A stretch of DNA of 64,000 bases from Amphiscolops sp. MND2022 (Eukaryota). The stretch's first letter is position 1; each line of letters starts with the position of its first letter. Below, piece after piece: positions 12,452 through 25,317 of this stretch. The position numbers were made by a program, and so were the translations under genes. Below the pieces are notes generated by a model. That model saw nothing but the letters and a program-made list of their open reading frames with translations, made no database searches and had not been told where the DNA came from. Location of the stretch: assembly GCA_964187785.1 (NCBI GenBank), contig OZ076421.1:27280001-27344000 (forward strand), read 5' to 3'.

Positions 12452-13052
12452 TAGGAATGGTGAAAGACGACGCTATTGGTCCGTAAAAACTGAAACATCT
12501 ACTCTTCAATCAAGCTGAGTGACGCCGTCATTACGTTGTAGATATTCTCTTAAGTTGCCTAACTGCATTCTTAAGTGGATATTCACAACTATTCAACCAT
12601 TGGAAAACAATTCCGCCATTCTCTTTGTATGTTCTTTCATTTTAGATTGTATGGATTCCGTTGGGACCTCAGAATCGAATTTCATTTTGGTGTTTTCATT
12701 TTAGTGTGGAGAAGAAAAAGGTCCCAAAGTTAAGAATGTTTTTAATTTGTTATTTAGATTTGTATGGAATTTTCAGCTGACGAAACCGGAAGAAACGGAA
12801 CGGTCACGCTTGAAAACTTTATACCGGAAGTTTCGTTCCGTCTAAAATCACTTTTGGATATTTTACTTATCGCTTTCGTTAGGCTAAAATCCTTTTGTTC
12901 TGATTATTAACTCGTACTACAGTTAAACAAAGGTAAGTGATCAGTCTAAGTTTTTACCTAGTTGTGTGTGGTTCTGCCATGTCCTCGTCCTCTTGCAAAT
13001 TTCGGTATTCCCTCGCAACAGGAAAAATCCCGACCGGGAGCGGGTCGTGACA

Positions 13053-14020
13053 GGATGCTAGCAAACGTTCTCAAAACTAAATGTCTTATTTTCCGTGGTA
13101 ATGTGTCAGTTCTCCTTAGTGATGAAGTTATTGAGAATGTAAAGCATCAGAAAAATCTTGAGATCATCATCATTCATGATTTTAAATGGACCAGTCATTT
13201 GTCAAAGAAGTTAACCAAAGCTTAAAATTTATACTTCATTCGAAGCACAGTTCCATGGAGTTCTCCCTCTGCAATTAAATTCACAATTTACACCAGCACT
13301 ATTCTCTCTGTAATCATGTATGGCTCCCCGGTCTGGTTGGCGAATTTTGGTTTACTCAGAAGATTAGAGTGTTTCCAAAAACGTTGTTTCAAATGGATTT
13401 TTGGCTCAACATTCACTTATGAAGAGCAACTTGCGAAACATCAGTTCTTCCATTAAGTCTCCATCTCGAAATGCGGACACTATTTTTACTGCTGGATATT
13501 TTTGACAACAAATATCTGTTTGATCCATCAAGTTACATCCAATCTGAAGACTACTTGTAGGAGAAAAACAGCGAACCCCTCAAAGTAAATGGAATTTCAC
13601 ACCTTCAAGAAAACTCTTTTTTTTTTCGTGAGAGCCATCAACTCTTTCAACTACCTCTACAGGCATGGCATCATAGATTTTAATGATCCAACAAATCCAA
13701 TATAAAGAAGTTTCTGCTGGCAAAAGAATTTAACATGGATTTAAGATGCAGCTATTATATTTGTTGCTACTGTAGCTTCTGCAGACTACTGTTAAGTCTT
13801 TCCTAACTAATCTCAGCGTCAGTGTTCTTTCCTTGGTGTCGGGTTGTTCCATTAAAGTTCATCGCACGATCTTTGGGGGAGGGGACCTGGGTATATTTAA
13901 TGCAACGTTGTGCTTGCTTTGTGTTGTTTAATATTCATGTGAAACATTAATTTATAAAAAATGTACTTCATTACTATTCTTGGCTCTGAAAAGAGAATAA
14001 AGTCTTATCTCTCTCTCTAA
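13053..14020 (+). mobile_element. CR1/L2-type LINE, right part (RT C-terminus and 3' tail)
   Basis: KCLIF...KNLEII..DFKWTSHL.KKL.KA; further C-terminal residues with stops; AATAAA at 13996 then a (CT)n tail. Confidence 0.85.
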
Positions 14021-17000
14021 ATCAATCACAGTGCTGCATTAAATATAGCTAAAGGTGCTGCCTAAAATGAATTGTACGGCTAATTGAGGCAATGCGCCAT
14101 GTCCGCCTGACTTTGAAATGATCGTTGAATAAAGGACTCGTTGTCTTAATGAAATCTTGCCGCTTTTGTTTAAAGTATTCTCTAACCAAATGCTAACAAG
14201 AGTAAGCTCCCAAATTGTGACTGATATGAAAACCCAATCCCCTCCCAGTTCTTTATTTCAATCGGAACAATTGCTTCGAAATTTGATGTGCTTGATGTAA
14301 ATGGTATTCGCTATTGTAAAAATTTAGGCCTCTAGGGTCAAATGCCATTAAACACCCTGACGCATGAAATAGTAGACATGTAAGTTATTGCACATGAATT
14401 ACTGTTGTTCGATACATGCTGTGTTGTGGTACGAGGACATGAAGGAAGCATCATAATTCCCGCACATTCCCTTGAGCCAAGTAGCGCTGTAGGGCATAGG
14501 AAGATTTTAATGCTGTTTCAATGTTATGATGCTGCTAATTTTTAGAAAAGTGAAGCGCTAAAATTAGCATGATGACTAGTCACATTTCTAGGGACATATA
14601 TACTTTGCCCCACCAAAAAAGAGTCTAAAAAGTGTTTTTCGAGCTGGAGGCCCTTCAGGAACGCGCTGCGCACAGAAGTCCAAACTTGACAGTTCTACAG
14701 AATACGTGTAGATCTTTCAGCAGCACTCTGAGACAGGCCAAAATGTTATGTGTGTCAGTAACTCATGCTCCGTTGACTTGTAACCGGAAATTAGAAAGAA
14801 ATGAGGTTTTCACTACGGTTTTTCCACTCTGGGACAGTTTTTTTCAGTTCAATGATGTTGAAGTAGTCCAAGTTTTACCAAGAAGGGTTATAGGAAACGT
14901 AGTACGTATGTCTAGCAAAACTAAAGCTATTCGAGCCTAAATGAGTGACCTGTTGTTTTCACACCGGATACTACACCAGCTGTGTCATGTGGAAAAGATC
15001 GTTAAAAGTGGTCTTACCTGAAAGATGGTGAGTTGACAATAGTGTTGTCTTCTACAATTCAAAATATGTTTTCCAGGCCTTCTATCTACCTGATAGTTTG
15101 TATGCGATCGTAACGATGCCACTAAATGCTCCAGGCCATCTTCTCTTATCCGAAGTGACAACTGTATCAGATACTTCCGGAACGATTTTTTCGGTTGTAG
15201 TTCCACAAAAAGTATCAACATCTCTAGATCGGGATTAGCAGGCTGCTAAAAAACTTCTTCAAATTGTTCGGATTTGATGCCGTGAAAGCAAAACTGTAGA
15301 AAGTTCTCGTTTATGCCAAAAATATTGCACTTAGTTCAACTAGAAGGTTCCTCAATGACTAGTAATACTAGGGCAATGAAAGTTCAAAACTAAAAAAAAA
15401 AACATTTTTAGTTACCAATCGATTGTGTAGATAGTTTCGACCAGCGCTTTTTTTTACCAGCGATCTCCACAACTACTGGTCAGAATTCCTTGCATTTGTA
15501 TGCCTAAGTAACGTTACAATCTGATGTAACTAACTGAAGAAACTTTTTATGTTTTCCAATAAGTTTTCGGATTACTTGCATTTTGCTCTCCCAGAGGAGT
15601 ACTGATAGTACATAAATTCAATAAAAAACTCTCCCGTTTCAATTTCGAGTTAGTTGTCGGTCTTCTGAGTTAGCGTGGCACCGTTTTCTGACCCAACCCA
15701 ACAAAGGTACTTGTGTTGATTCAGTTATCGAGTTGGATTTTTTCATCACTCAGATCTATATTGTCCTCACCGCAGGTCTATGTATATATAGAAACAATTT
15801 GATCGTAAACTTTTTAAATGGAGTCGTCTCGTTGTCGTGGCAATAATGTCGCGCATCATGCGAAAATAGTTTCTGGTCTGATCTGCAAGCTTTGAAGAAA
15901 ACGCCCATGACTTTGCTTTTTGACACATTCGGTCTTTTTCAACAAAAACCGCTAAACGTTTATGTTCGTATGTAATTTGGCCGGTTCATTTGATATGTTC
16001 CTGTGCTGACAGGTCTAGACGAACAGTTTTTACAACATTCCTTTCGACCGCATTCACAGCAGAAATACTTTTGGAACAATTTCGAACGTAACGAAAGATG
16101 TTAAGCGGCATTTATGGTGTATCGGTATCAATCAACATATTTTTTACTGGCTGAATGGAATACCTGGTAAGTATTTTTCCAGTTTGTACCATAGATGGTT
16201 GTCCTGGGGAAAAGACTCTTAGGCTTGAAAAAAGGAAATAGCTGGTTACGCTTTTTCCAGCGTTTTGAAGCCACATAGGGGAAACAAGGGAGTTGCGTCT
16301 GTGCCCAGCTCGTGAACACGTCCAATCAAGACGGGGTCATCACCAAACATCCATGTCAATCCAGTAAAATAGTTAATAGCTGAAATAAGACGCCGTTCGA
16401 ACAAAATTACGTTAAGATGGATAGTGATTTTCAACAGAAATAATTGTGTGACCAATATGACACTTTGCAACGAAACGTCTGTTTTTTTGTCAGACCTCAG
16501 AAATATAAGAAAACGCAAGTATTCTGCTATGATTAATATTTCATGACTCTCGAAGACTTATTGTCCTAGACCTGGACTTTACTGTGTTGAAAGTTTGGAC
16601 TTTCCTTCTGCGGTCTTGAAAACGTTTCCGGGCTATAGATGTAACGTTCTGGCAAAAGGAGCACATACTAGAGCTGGGACATTGCTTAGGTTACTTGGAC
16701 AGGAGACCGAGTCTATGACCAATCCTAAGCATCTATTGTTTCCCAAAAAACTGTCTCCTGGGAGACTATTGTAACGTCGAGGAGATTCCTTATTTTCAAG
16801 AATCACCGGAGGTGACATGCTGGCAGAAATGTCTCACTAACTCGCGAAGACGGGTTCCTAGCGTACCTGAGAGGTCCACCAAAGTTTTCTAAGTCTAAAA
16901 ACCGCAACTAGCAACAAAAAGATTTCCTAAGGATTTAGCATCTAAGCAATGAAGTTCTAAGCAATGAAGTAAGGTCTCAACTATTTTCGACCGGCAGAAC

Positions 17001-18319
17001 AGTCTATGCAAGAGTTGCCTAACTCCTTTATCAAAATTCGGGGTTGTCCGCATTCATTTGGGAAATTTTCTTACGATATCGCAATACATAACGTCGCTGT
17101 GCATTGTCTGGTACAATGTTTATGCCGGACCTTTTTTATGTATTTACAAAACACCTCTACGGGGGTTCTGCATCTTGCACAGGATATGTGATCCTTCTCT
17201 TTCGTGTTCTTGCATGTCTTCTACAGGGATTTTAGGTACCTGCCAAGTCGGCAATTTTATGTGCGATAATACTTCGAAATTTTCAAATCTTTGGCAGGTG
17301 TTGTCACAAGGCTGATCAACGCTACAATAAATGAAATTACCATTTTGATTCAATTTTGAAGTCAAAATGAAACTCGTTCTTGAGATCTCATTTTAATATT
17401 CAAATGATTGGCTAACTGTAATGGCTTGTTTGCATGAACGCTGTTATTTCTAATCAAAACCGCGTAATTATTGACGACGAATGTTGTTGATTTGCTGAAA
17501 CGACAAAATTCCCACGACGAAGTTTCTGCCTCCTGTTATAACAACATCGCTTCATCATTCTTGAAAACTGCCCTTTGCGATCAAGTTTCAAGTTAAGCCC
17601 ATTAGTCTATTTACACTCATGCGATACTGACACTTCGTGGGTTCCCTGATAAAAGGACTTCAAAACAACTCAGGCCACAAATTTTAAATTTTTAAAACTA
17701 AAATAAGGTCACTAAAATAAGGGACAAAAAAGTGGAAGGGTGATGGATGGGTTATGAGTTTTGGCTAATGCTGAAAAAATGCCTCCGGGGGAAATCACGT
17801 TGAAAAATGAACGCTGTGAAAAATATGAAGTTCAAAGAATAAGCTTCACGCGCAACAGGAAAGTTTTAGTCCGAGCTGTTTAGAGGGATTCAATCAATTC
17901 TGAGTGTCTTTCAATGTATGCAATCGGTATCTTCTTCCTTTCCCCAAACTATTTAAAAACTTGCTGAAACTTCAACGGTACTTCGGCGCCCCGAGCAAGG
18001 CCCAGGGATCAATTTTTTAACAACTGTTCCATTTTTTTTCAAAAACTAAAAGAAGTGTACATGAATGAGAAAGTCGATGATGGGTTTTTGTTTCTGATCT
18101 TTTCAGATTTGTTGTATTTGTCTTCCCATTATTGTAGAGAAGTTGGATCAAATACGTCTCATTTCATTTCGGGGGAAATTCTTCATGACGTCAGCGCAAG
18201 TTCAACTGAAGAGGAAGCCAACTCCAAAAATTCGCACCTTTTGCACTGTCATACACACCGCCATATCCACAATACCCATAACCTCAACAGAAAAAAATTG
18301 ACTTGATTTCTAGATATAC

Positions 18320-18420
18320 AGTCATGGTCAAAATGATTCAGCAGCCTAATTTTTCAAAAAATAATATTTGTTTGAGAAACGTTTTTAATTTGAAGGTGCC
18401 GAATCATTTTGACCATGACT
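18320..18420. repeat. 101-bp MITE-like element with a perfect 20-bp inverted repeat
   Basis: AGTCATGGTCAAAATGATTC (18320-18339) and GAATCATTTTGACCATGACT (18401-18420); no TSD seen. Confidence 0.7.
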
Positions 18421-18829
18421 CTACACACTTGAGTAAGTTAAGAATATCGATGAAGGATTTTACTTCAAACATTGGTCATGACACGCCAGGAAGTAAAGAA
18501 AATCAAATAGTCATTGTGGAGGCAAAATTATTATCAATGTTTTTCAAGCTAATGGAAAGAAGATCCACTATCTGCTCAATGAAACATAACGTGTTGAAAT
18601 AATCATAAGCTCGCTTTTTACTCCATGATTTGACGGGACATCCTACGATTCAAAGAAAGCACGGAGTTTGTTGAAACTAGCAGATTTTTCTCGACTCCAA
18701 TCGTTTTAGTAAAAGTATACGTATTCAATTGAATCAGTGAAAATTTAATGCATCGAACATGCATTAATGAAAATTTTAAAGAACATAAAAATTTAGCATG
18801 GTAAGCTACAAAAGGTTTAAAAAGTTCAA

Positions 18830-19900
18830 GCAGTTTCAGCGAGTGTAATTATTTCCTGTTCTATTTGACTTTATCAAGCAGTTTTGAAGGAAAATCCCAA
18901 AAATTGAGGCAATTTGAAGATTGAAGTTTTGCAGGTTTCGCTATGCCTCAGTTCTATTTTTATATCCAGCTATGACATCAATTTTATACTATGTAAACTT
19001 AACTTAGATTTTAACTTCAGTCACGATCCAGACAGTCACTTAGCATCATTTTGCAGTTTGCGAAGTGGTGAATACATCAGATGAGTATCTTGTTGAATCT
19101 GCTTGAACGTTTTGCAGGTAAATTAATGTTGCCAGCAACACTAATTTATGATTTTCCAATTTTCTTACGGAATATTTCATGCAAAAATTATTTCCTGTTG
19201 TATCTGACTTTTATCAAGCTGCTTGAAAGATTCAGCAAAGTTTGAGCGGGAATTTTAAACCTTGGAATTTTGCAGGTTTCATTAGGCCGCAGCTATACTT
19301 ATAAAAACAAATTAGGTTGCTATCAGTTTCACCGCTTATATAATGCAAAATAACTTCAGTCGCATAATAAACTGCAAATTAGCGTCATGTTTATCGTCTT
19401 ATTGGAGTTAAGTGGGGATCATATCAGTAGTTGAGAAAACAAAGTGAGAATACAAAGTGATCGTGTCCTTAATGAAAATTCACTATTAAATATAATTGTA
19501 GTAGTAGAAAATACATGGTAATTGTACATGATTTACCACCTGAAGATCACTGAACTTTCTATGTTTTTTAAAACATTACCTTGCATGCAGGCCTGTAGCA
19601 TGTAAATAGGTCGTACAGTTTCAACTGGAGTAGTAGAAAAATGAAGTGTGAAAATAACATGATCGTGCCGGTAAAGAATAGGAAATGTTTATTCAAGATA
19701 TAAATTATAATTACAGTAGTGGAAACTGTATTGAAATTACTCAATGTTTACTACCAGAAGCTTACTGAATTTTCTTTGTTTCAGGTATTTTGGAAAAAAC
19801 AGTCTTGCAGCGTGTAAAAAGTTCTGTTGCAGCAGTCTCCACTAGGGTTTGCAAAAAATTCAAGCAGTTTCAACTAGGGAGAAAACAGGAATTGTGTTAA
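18830..19900. repeat. Degenerate AT-rich tandem duplications
   Basis: ATTATTTCCTGTT..AT.TGACTT.TATCAAGC...GCAGGTTTC at ~18849 and ~19187; AGTAGTRGAAA blocks at ~19500, ~19630 and ~19715. Confidence 0.6.
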
Positions 19901-20899
19901 ACGAGAACAATAGTTCTCAACGTTCCTTCGTTCCTTTGCTGTAGTAATTTCTCTAGAAGCATTGAGAATGTCAACGGGAATCTGGGAGAGAAAGCGATCC
20001 AGGAGTGGCCCCAAACAGTGAGCGAAAATGAATGTAGCAAATTGGAATTAAAACTGTTAGTTTTCGGCAATCTAGCAGTCGTGTACAAGCACTGTTGTGC
20101 ACAACAATCAGAAACTTCTAAAACTTTATATATCTGAAATCCTCCTTAAAAGGGGAACTTTTGAAAGTAAAACAATAAATAAGAAACATCACAGCGACCA
20201 ATGGGAATGAAAAGAAACTGCCTCATTCCAACAAAAACTTTACGTCCCTGAAAAAAAATAACAGTGTCACTATGGGCACAAAATAATGAAATTTACTAAG
20301 TTCTCTAAATAATCAAAAACCACAAAAGGGACTCTGGTATGAATTTTCCGAAAAAAATTGAAGGGTGTAAAACTCCCAAAAGAGGACAGTTTGGTGTTGA
20401 AAGGCTCAGAGATTTGCAAAAACGGTCAAGAAAATTTCAAAAAGAAGGCACGTGTGAGGAATCAAACATTGGACTTTCCGAATGCTCTAAGAACTACGAT
20501 GTAACGTCCACCTAGCAGCGTAAATCATAGAAGTGGGATTATGCCTAGGGTGCTTAAACAGGAGACCGTTGTCTTGCTACAGCCCTTGACATTAGTTCTT
20601 AATCCCGAAATGGTCTCCTAAAAGGGACTTTTTCAAACGTCAAAAGAGGCTCCTCAGTTAGAGTTCCGTGGCGACGTGCCGGCGCACTCAAAGTCCGGAC
20701 ACGTCCCACAAGCCTGTAAAAACGTACCTAAAGGTTCCTAACGTTCCTGCGACTTCCGACATACTCCCAAGGTCTAAAAGCAGGGGTTAGCCGAAGTGCA
20801 CTTTATTCGTCGCATTGACAAAGAACCAGAAACAACGATAAGCCATTGAAATTGTAGTGTTTAATGATATGACACATGAAAGGGAACACTCTAGCAGCG

Positions 20900-21200
20900 A
20901 TCAAAGATTTTGTTGCGAAAGCTTGTTCCGGGCGTATAGGGGATTATAAACGAATAGATGAACTCCAACTTTAGGCTCTTTTCTTTTCTCAAACTTGAGT
21001 TTTGCTTTGATTTCAAAACCACTTTCTGAAGACGCGGTACCTTGTCGACAACAGCATCGAACAAGAGTTCGTGAATTCCCGCTTGTCGAAGGTGGACTGG
21101 TCATATTTTTGTGAAGGTATGGCCCCGTTCAATAACTACAATTATCCTCATTTGACGCAACAGTCATCATAACCATGTTCATGGTCAGTCTGGAATACCT
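20900..21200 (+). pseudogene. Possible LINE endonuclease-RT linker fragment
   Basis: Stop-ridden translation ...SRLSKVDWSYFCEGMAPFNNYNY resembles the KADW linker; weak. Confidence 0.3.
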
Positions 21201-21502
21201 TCACTACTAACCTGTTGCCGAGAAAGTCTGAGCGCCCAAATTGCGAGAGTTCACTCTGCCAGCATATCCAATCATATTCCAGTAAATATTTTGGCCGAAA
21301 GTGAATGGAGTGCTGGTTAGGTCAGCTGATGCATACCCCTTGTTGTTCCCACAGTCCCCGCCACCGAGAATGTCTAATCAAAAAAAATCTCATGAAAAAA
21401 GCAAATCGATCAACTGAGAAGTTCACTAGGACCAATGGTACCTTGACTCACAAAGTTATGAATGTTTATAGGCTCTTATGTTTGGAAAAAAGGAGTCATT
21501 AT

Positions 21503-22660
21503 TGTAACGGCAAGCGCTAAGCGTTTGTGACGTGACAATAGCATAGAGTGGAGGAACTGGTTTTCCTGGTTCCATTCCTCCTTTCTTCCACAGAGTCGAA
21601 ACTGTCTTGGCGCTGGACGCCGGTGGGCCAGATCTTTTAAAAACCATGGAAGAAAGCTTCCAAAGATGATCCCTCTGTGGTCGCCAAAAATGAGTATCTA
21701 TGTAACGGCAAGCGCTAAGCGTTTGTGACGTGACAATAGACTAGAGGAACTGGAACCATGGATATGGTCCAGGACAAACCACCATGACTTCAGCTCATTT
21801 TAGCCTCCTAAGGGTTGCCGGTCCCGTCTTAAAGGATGCTCTCTGGCCTGATACCAGTCAGTAATTGCTAGGAATCACGGGCTTTCCGCTGGGATTAGCA
21901 ACCACCGCTTGATTACTTCGCCCAAAGTATGTCTGGGTGCCACGTCAGATTGAGACGAATTTTTCAAAAAGTGTCAATTTTTCGTTAATAACCGGACGCC
22001 GTTACACCACTCCCCGGACTTCCGGCTTGTCGTCCCGGCTAGCAACGCAGGTCCTCGTTCAGGAACAGGGTTCTTTCCATTGCTGTGGATACATCATTGA
22101 ACGAGGACGAATCCTTGTTTGCCATCTGCTTTTGGAGTAGCGCCTTCTGGGATCTTATTGTTTTTTACCTAAAGAGCTTGTATTTTTACAAAAAAACGCG
22201 AACTTCTAGCACCAGCTTGAGAGCTAGAGATTCTGGATAGCATTTGCCGTTTTTGAAGCACTTTCAGAGGTTAAAACAATTTTTGCGGCTGTTGCCAGCT
22301 AAAAGATCTCTTGACATTAGTTTTTCAACTTTCGTTTTTCTACAGTTTTTGACTGAAATTTCTGTTTCAGAGGAGCGCGCGAGCTCCGCAATTAGAGAGA
22401 CAGCTGATTGAATGCACACTACCCAACGATAGCGCTACAGCTTAGGTGAAAAATTCTTTTCTTGGCTTTTCATCTTGGGACTCTGCTTCTCGACAACAAA
22501 CGAAGTGTTAGAAAGCAACAAAAAGTTTATTTTTCTTAGTCAACTTTTTCAACTCATAGTTGAAATGGTACTCCAGGACGTAGGGCAGGCTCACACAGAG
22601 GCCATACACACACGGCACCTTACAAATACGGACTAACTAATTAACAAACTAAAAATTGCA
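21503..22660 (-). mobile_element. LTR-like segment (3' LTR of the - strand Gypsy region) with a duplicated end
   Basis: Terminal TGTAACGGCAAGCGCTAAGCGTTTGTGACGTGACAATAG occurs at both 21503 and 21701. A decayed ORF starts at ATG 22125 (MANKDSSSFNDVSTAMERTLF), as in the other LTRs. The upstream boundary is approximate. Confidence 0.6.
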
Positions 22661-24539
22661 ACACTTTGTTCAGCACCGTAAGATAGGGCAATGTAGTTTG
22701 GCGAAGAGCCATTTAAGCACGTTGCGAGTTTAATTTGTTGTTGAGCTCTCAAGCTCATCTCTTTCATTGAGACGTTCATCTACTGTAAAGCTGACTGGTG
22801 TCTGCTACGGGGCGATACCCCCGCCGGAGAGGTGCGTTGCCCAGGGAAGCTCGTCGTGCAAGAGACGACACCAAGATTTCCTTGTCTGTATCAAAGGTCA
22901 GACCACCGATAGGCTTCACCAACGCTGCATTGGGAATCAATTCAGTAGCGTGCTCCCCCGACTGCTCTTTTGTTTTTGGTTGACTCGCTGGTTCAGTGGA
23001 TTCTACATCTGTGGGGCATCTTCAGGCAAGGGGGCATCTACAGTCAATGGCTGCTCCAGTGACATAGCCATTGTTGCTGCAAAGTTTTGCGGTGGTGGCT
23101 GCGCTAGGGCTCTAGCTCGCTCAGCGACTGCCACCCTGACTGCTTGCAGAGCGCGAAAGCACGTTTCCAAGTGTCGAAATTACTGAGTTCCAAGATGAGG
23201 CACTCGTCCTCCCATTCTGCACGCAACTCTGGTCCTAGGACAGAGTTGACGATGTCATGCAACACTAAGGGCATGTCGCCAGACATAATAATATTGCCTT
23301 GGGAACGCCTTGCAGTGTCGTATTGCACGGGACAAATTGTGTTCTGGCACTTGTGCGGCTGGTTCAATCCATTGCTGGACGCGCGCAAAGTCCAAGTGCT
23401 GCAGTGGGTGGTCCAGATATTTCTGTCTTAGCAGATTGCAGGCGGCATACTCGTATCCCATCAGTGGACTACCTTGCAGGTAAGTGCAGATGGACACTGT
23501 GGCTACCTGCACTGCCATGGATACTGGTTTTGTAGGGTAACGTAGAATCCCAAGAGGTCAGTAAATAGGGATTAGTACATGCGCGACTACAGGCACCAAG
23601 TCCTCTTCTTCAGCCAGTGTATGGTCCGCCAGATGTTGGGGCATGCAGAATCCAGCATTCTCACTAGGGATTTGAGACTGTGCATTGTGAAGAGCCTGTG
23701 CCTGGTCTAGGCCCACAAACAGGCCAGACGCAAAGACCAAGTAGGAATACAGCCAGTGCTGTAGGGACGCTTGCAGTTTGAACAGTGGTTCCGTGTAATT
23801 CTAGTTGTTCTGTTCGAACAGCATCCATCTCGCCCAATCCAATTAGTCAGCTCAACTTGCCTTGAGTCAGCACTAGGTAAGTGTAAAATTCCAGAAGGTT
23901 CCCGGCGGAAACTAGGTCAACCACGATGGTCAGGGGACCGGCCATAAACTTGGTGGGACCCAAAGCTAGCGCGAGAGATAGCACTTCATTAACGGTCATA
24001 AGTTTTAGAGGTTCATTTAGTATCTTTACCTGTGTTCGATTTAGCTTGAACTTATCCGCGATGACGTCCAAAATCCAGCCAAGGACGAAACTTGTTATCA
24101 GGGCTGGAAAAGATACAGACAGCGCGCGAGCTGCCGTTGGGAAAGTTACTGTCGCAAATTGGGTTAGTACCATTCTCTGTAAGTGAGCTCGCAAGCTCGC
24201 ACTGCTTGTTCGTAGACCCAATAACAACTTACTAATTTCCGCGCCTTCTGCGAAATGAACCTGAGTAATCGTCCGTTCCACCTCTCGTTCCGCTGGCAAG
24301 CATCCAATTTGGTCCCACTCACCGACAAGGTCCGCCTTTACAGTAGTTGTGTGACCCTCGCGTACTAACCAATTGTATTTGCGCATGCGTTCGCGCTCTT
24401 CTAGCGTCGCATCAGGGAGACGGCAGTTAACTTCTTCATCAAACGTCACACATCCCATCTGCATTCCGTGATCATAATAGATCGCGTCGTCCCACGTTAA
24501 CTGACCGTTGCCACTCTGTTCTGTCGACTGTAGCAAGCG

Positions 24540-25075
24540 AGAAATAGCAACTAGGTAGGCGTGTGCCGACAGCGCAGCAGGACACAAATCATCCTGCCCA
24601 ACGCGCAAGTTGGGCGCCCACATGAAAAAGTTGATCTGAAGGGCCGATCTCACTTCATTCAACATGTATACAAACTGTTGCAGCGCACCACAGCAGTACA
24701 ACATGCCCGGAGGAGATACGAAAAGCGAAGTGGTGTTAAGCTGAATGCGCAGCAATTCCACACTCTTCTCCATCGCGTGGAGTAGCTGCTCAACTTCATT
24801 TCGGGCTGCCTCGCTGTTGTTCGTCTCACGCAATACTTGTGGTAGGTTCTGAAGTAAACCCTGGCAATCCAAATGGTCAATCAGGTTCGTGAATATGAAC
24901 TTCCTGGGAGGTGGTTTCTTAAGGTAGCCCACGGGCTTCGGAGCGAACATCGCTATCACCACTTCAGCCATTTCCGGTAGGCGGCATAGGGGCATGGTCA
25001 CCACCATCACATCAAGCAAGATGTTGTTGTACGGTAAGTGACAGGGAATAGTGGAATCCACCAGTACACAATATC
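24540..25075 (-). other. SGNH/GDSL hydrolase-like domain, catalytic His apparently replaced
   Basis: Block I VLVDST; block III-like IFTNLIDHL; strand LFVSPPG; block V-like QDDLCPAALSAHAY corresponding to DGLHP. Confidence 0.55.
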
Positions 25076-25117
25076 GGGTCCATTGAATTAAGTTCTTGGG
25101 AATAGTTTTCAACGACT

Positions 25118-25317
25118 NNNNNNNNNNNNNNNNNNNNNNNNNNNNNNNNNNNNNNNNNNNNNNNNNNNNNNNNNNNNNNNNNNNNNNNNNNNNNNNNNNN
25201 NNNNNNNNNNNNNNNNNNNNNNNNNNNNNNNNNNNNNNNNNNNNNNNNNNNNNNNNNNNNNNNNNNNNNNNNNNNNNNNNNNNNNNNNNNNNNNNNNNNN
25301 NNNNNNNNNNNNNNNNN
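25118..25317. other. Assembly gap (200 N)
   Basis: Run of n from 25118 to 25317. Confidence 1.

Larger units (their letters stand above)
10873..13052 (-). mobile_element. Solo LTR B (2180 bp)
   Basis: Termini TGTTACG...CGTGACA with a perfect 5-bp TSD GGATG (10868-10872 and 13053-13057). Removing it restores the LINE RT reading NGM|LANVLKTKCLIF. Confidence 0.92.

Noticed and set aside
16990-17330. Cys-rich - strand frame (KTCK...CARCR...CTRQC), possibly a transposase C-terminal finger
   Set aside because: Spacing did not fit a known finger and no catalytic domain is nearby.
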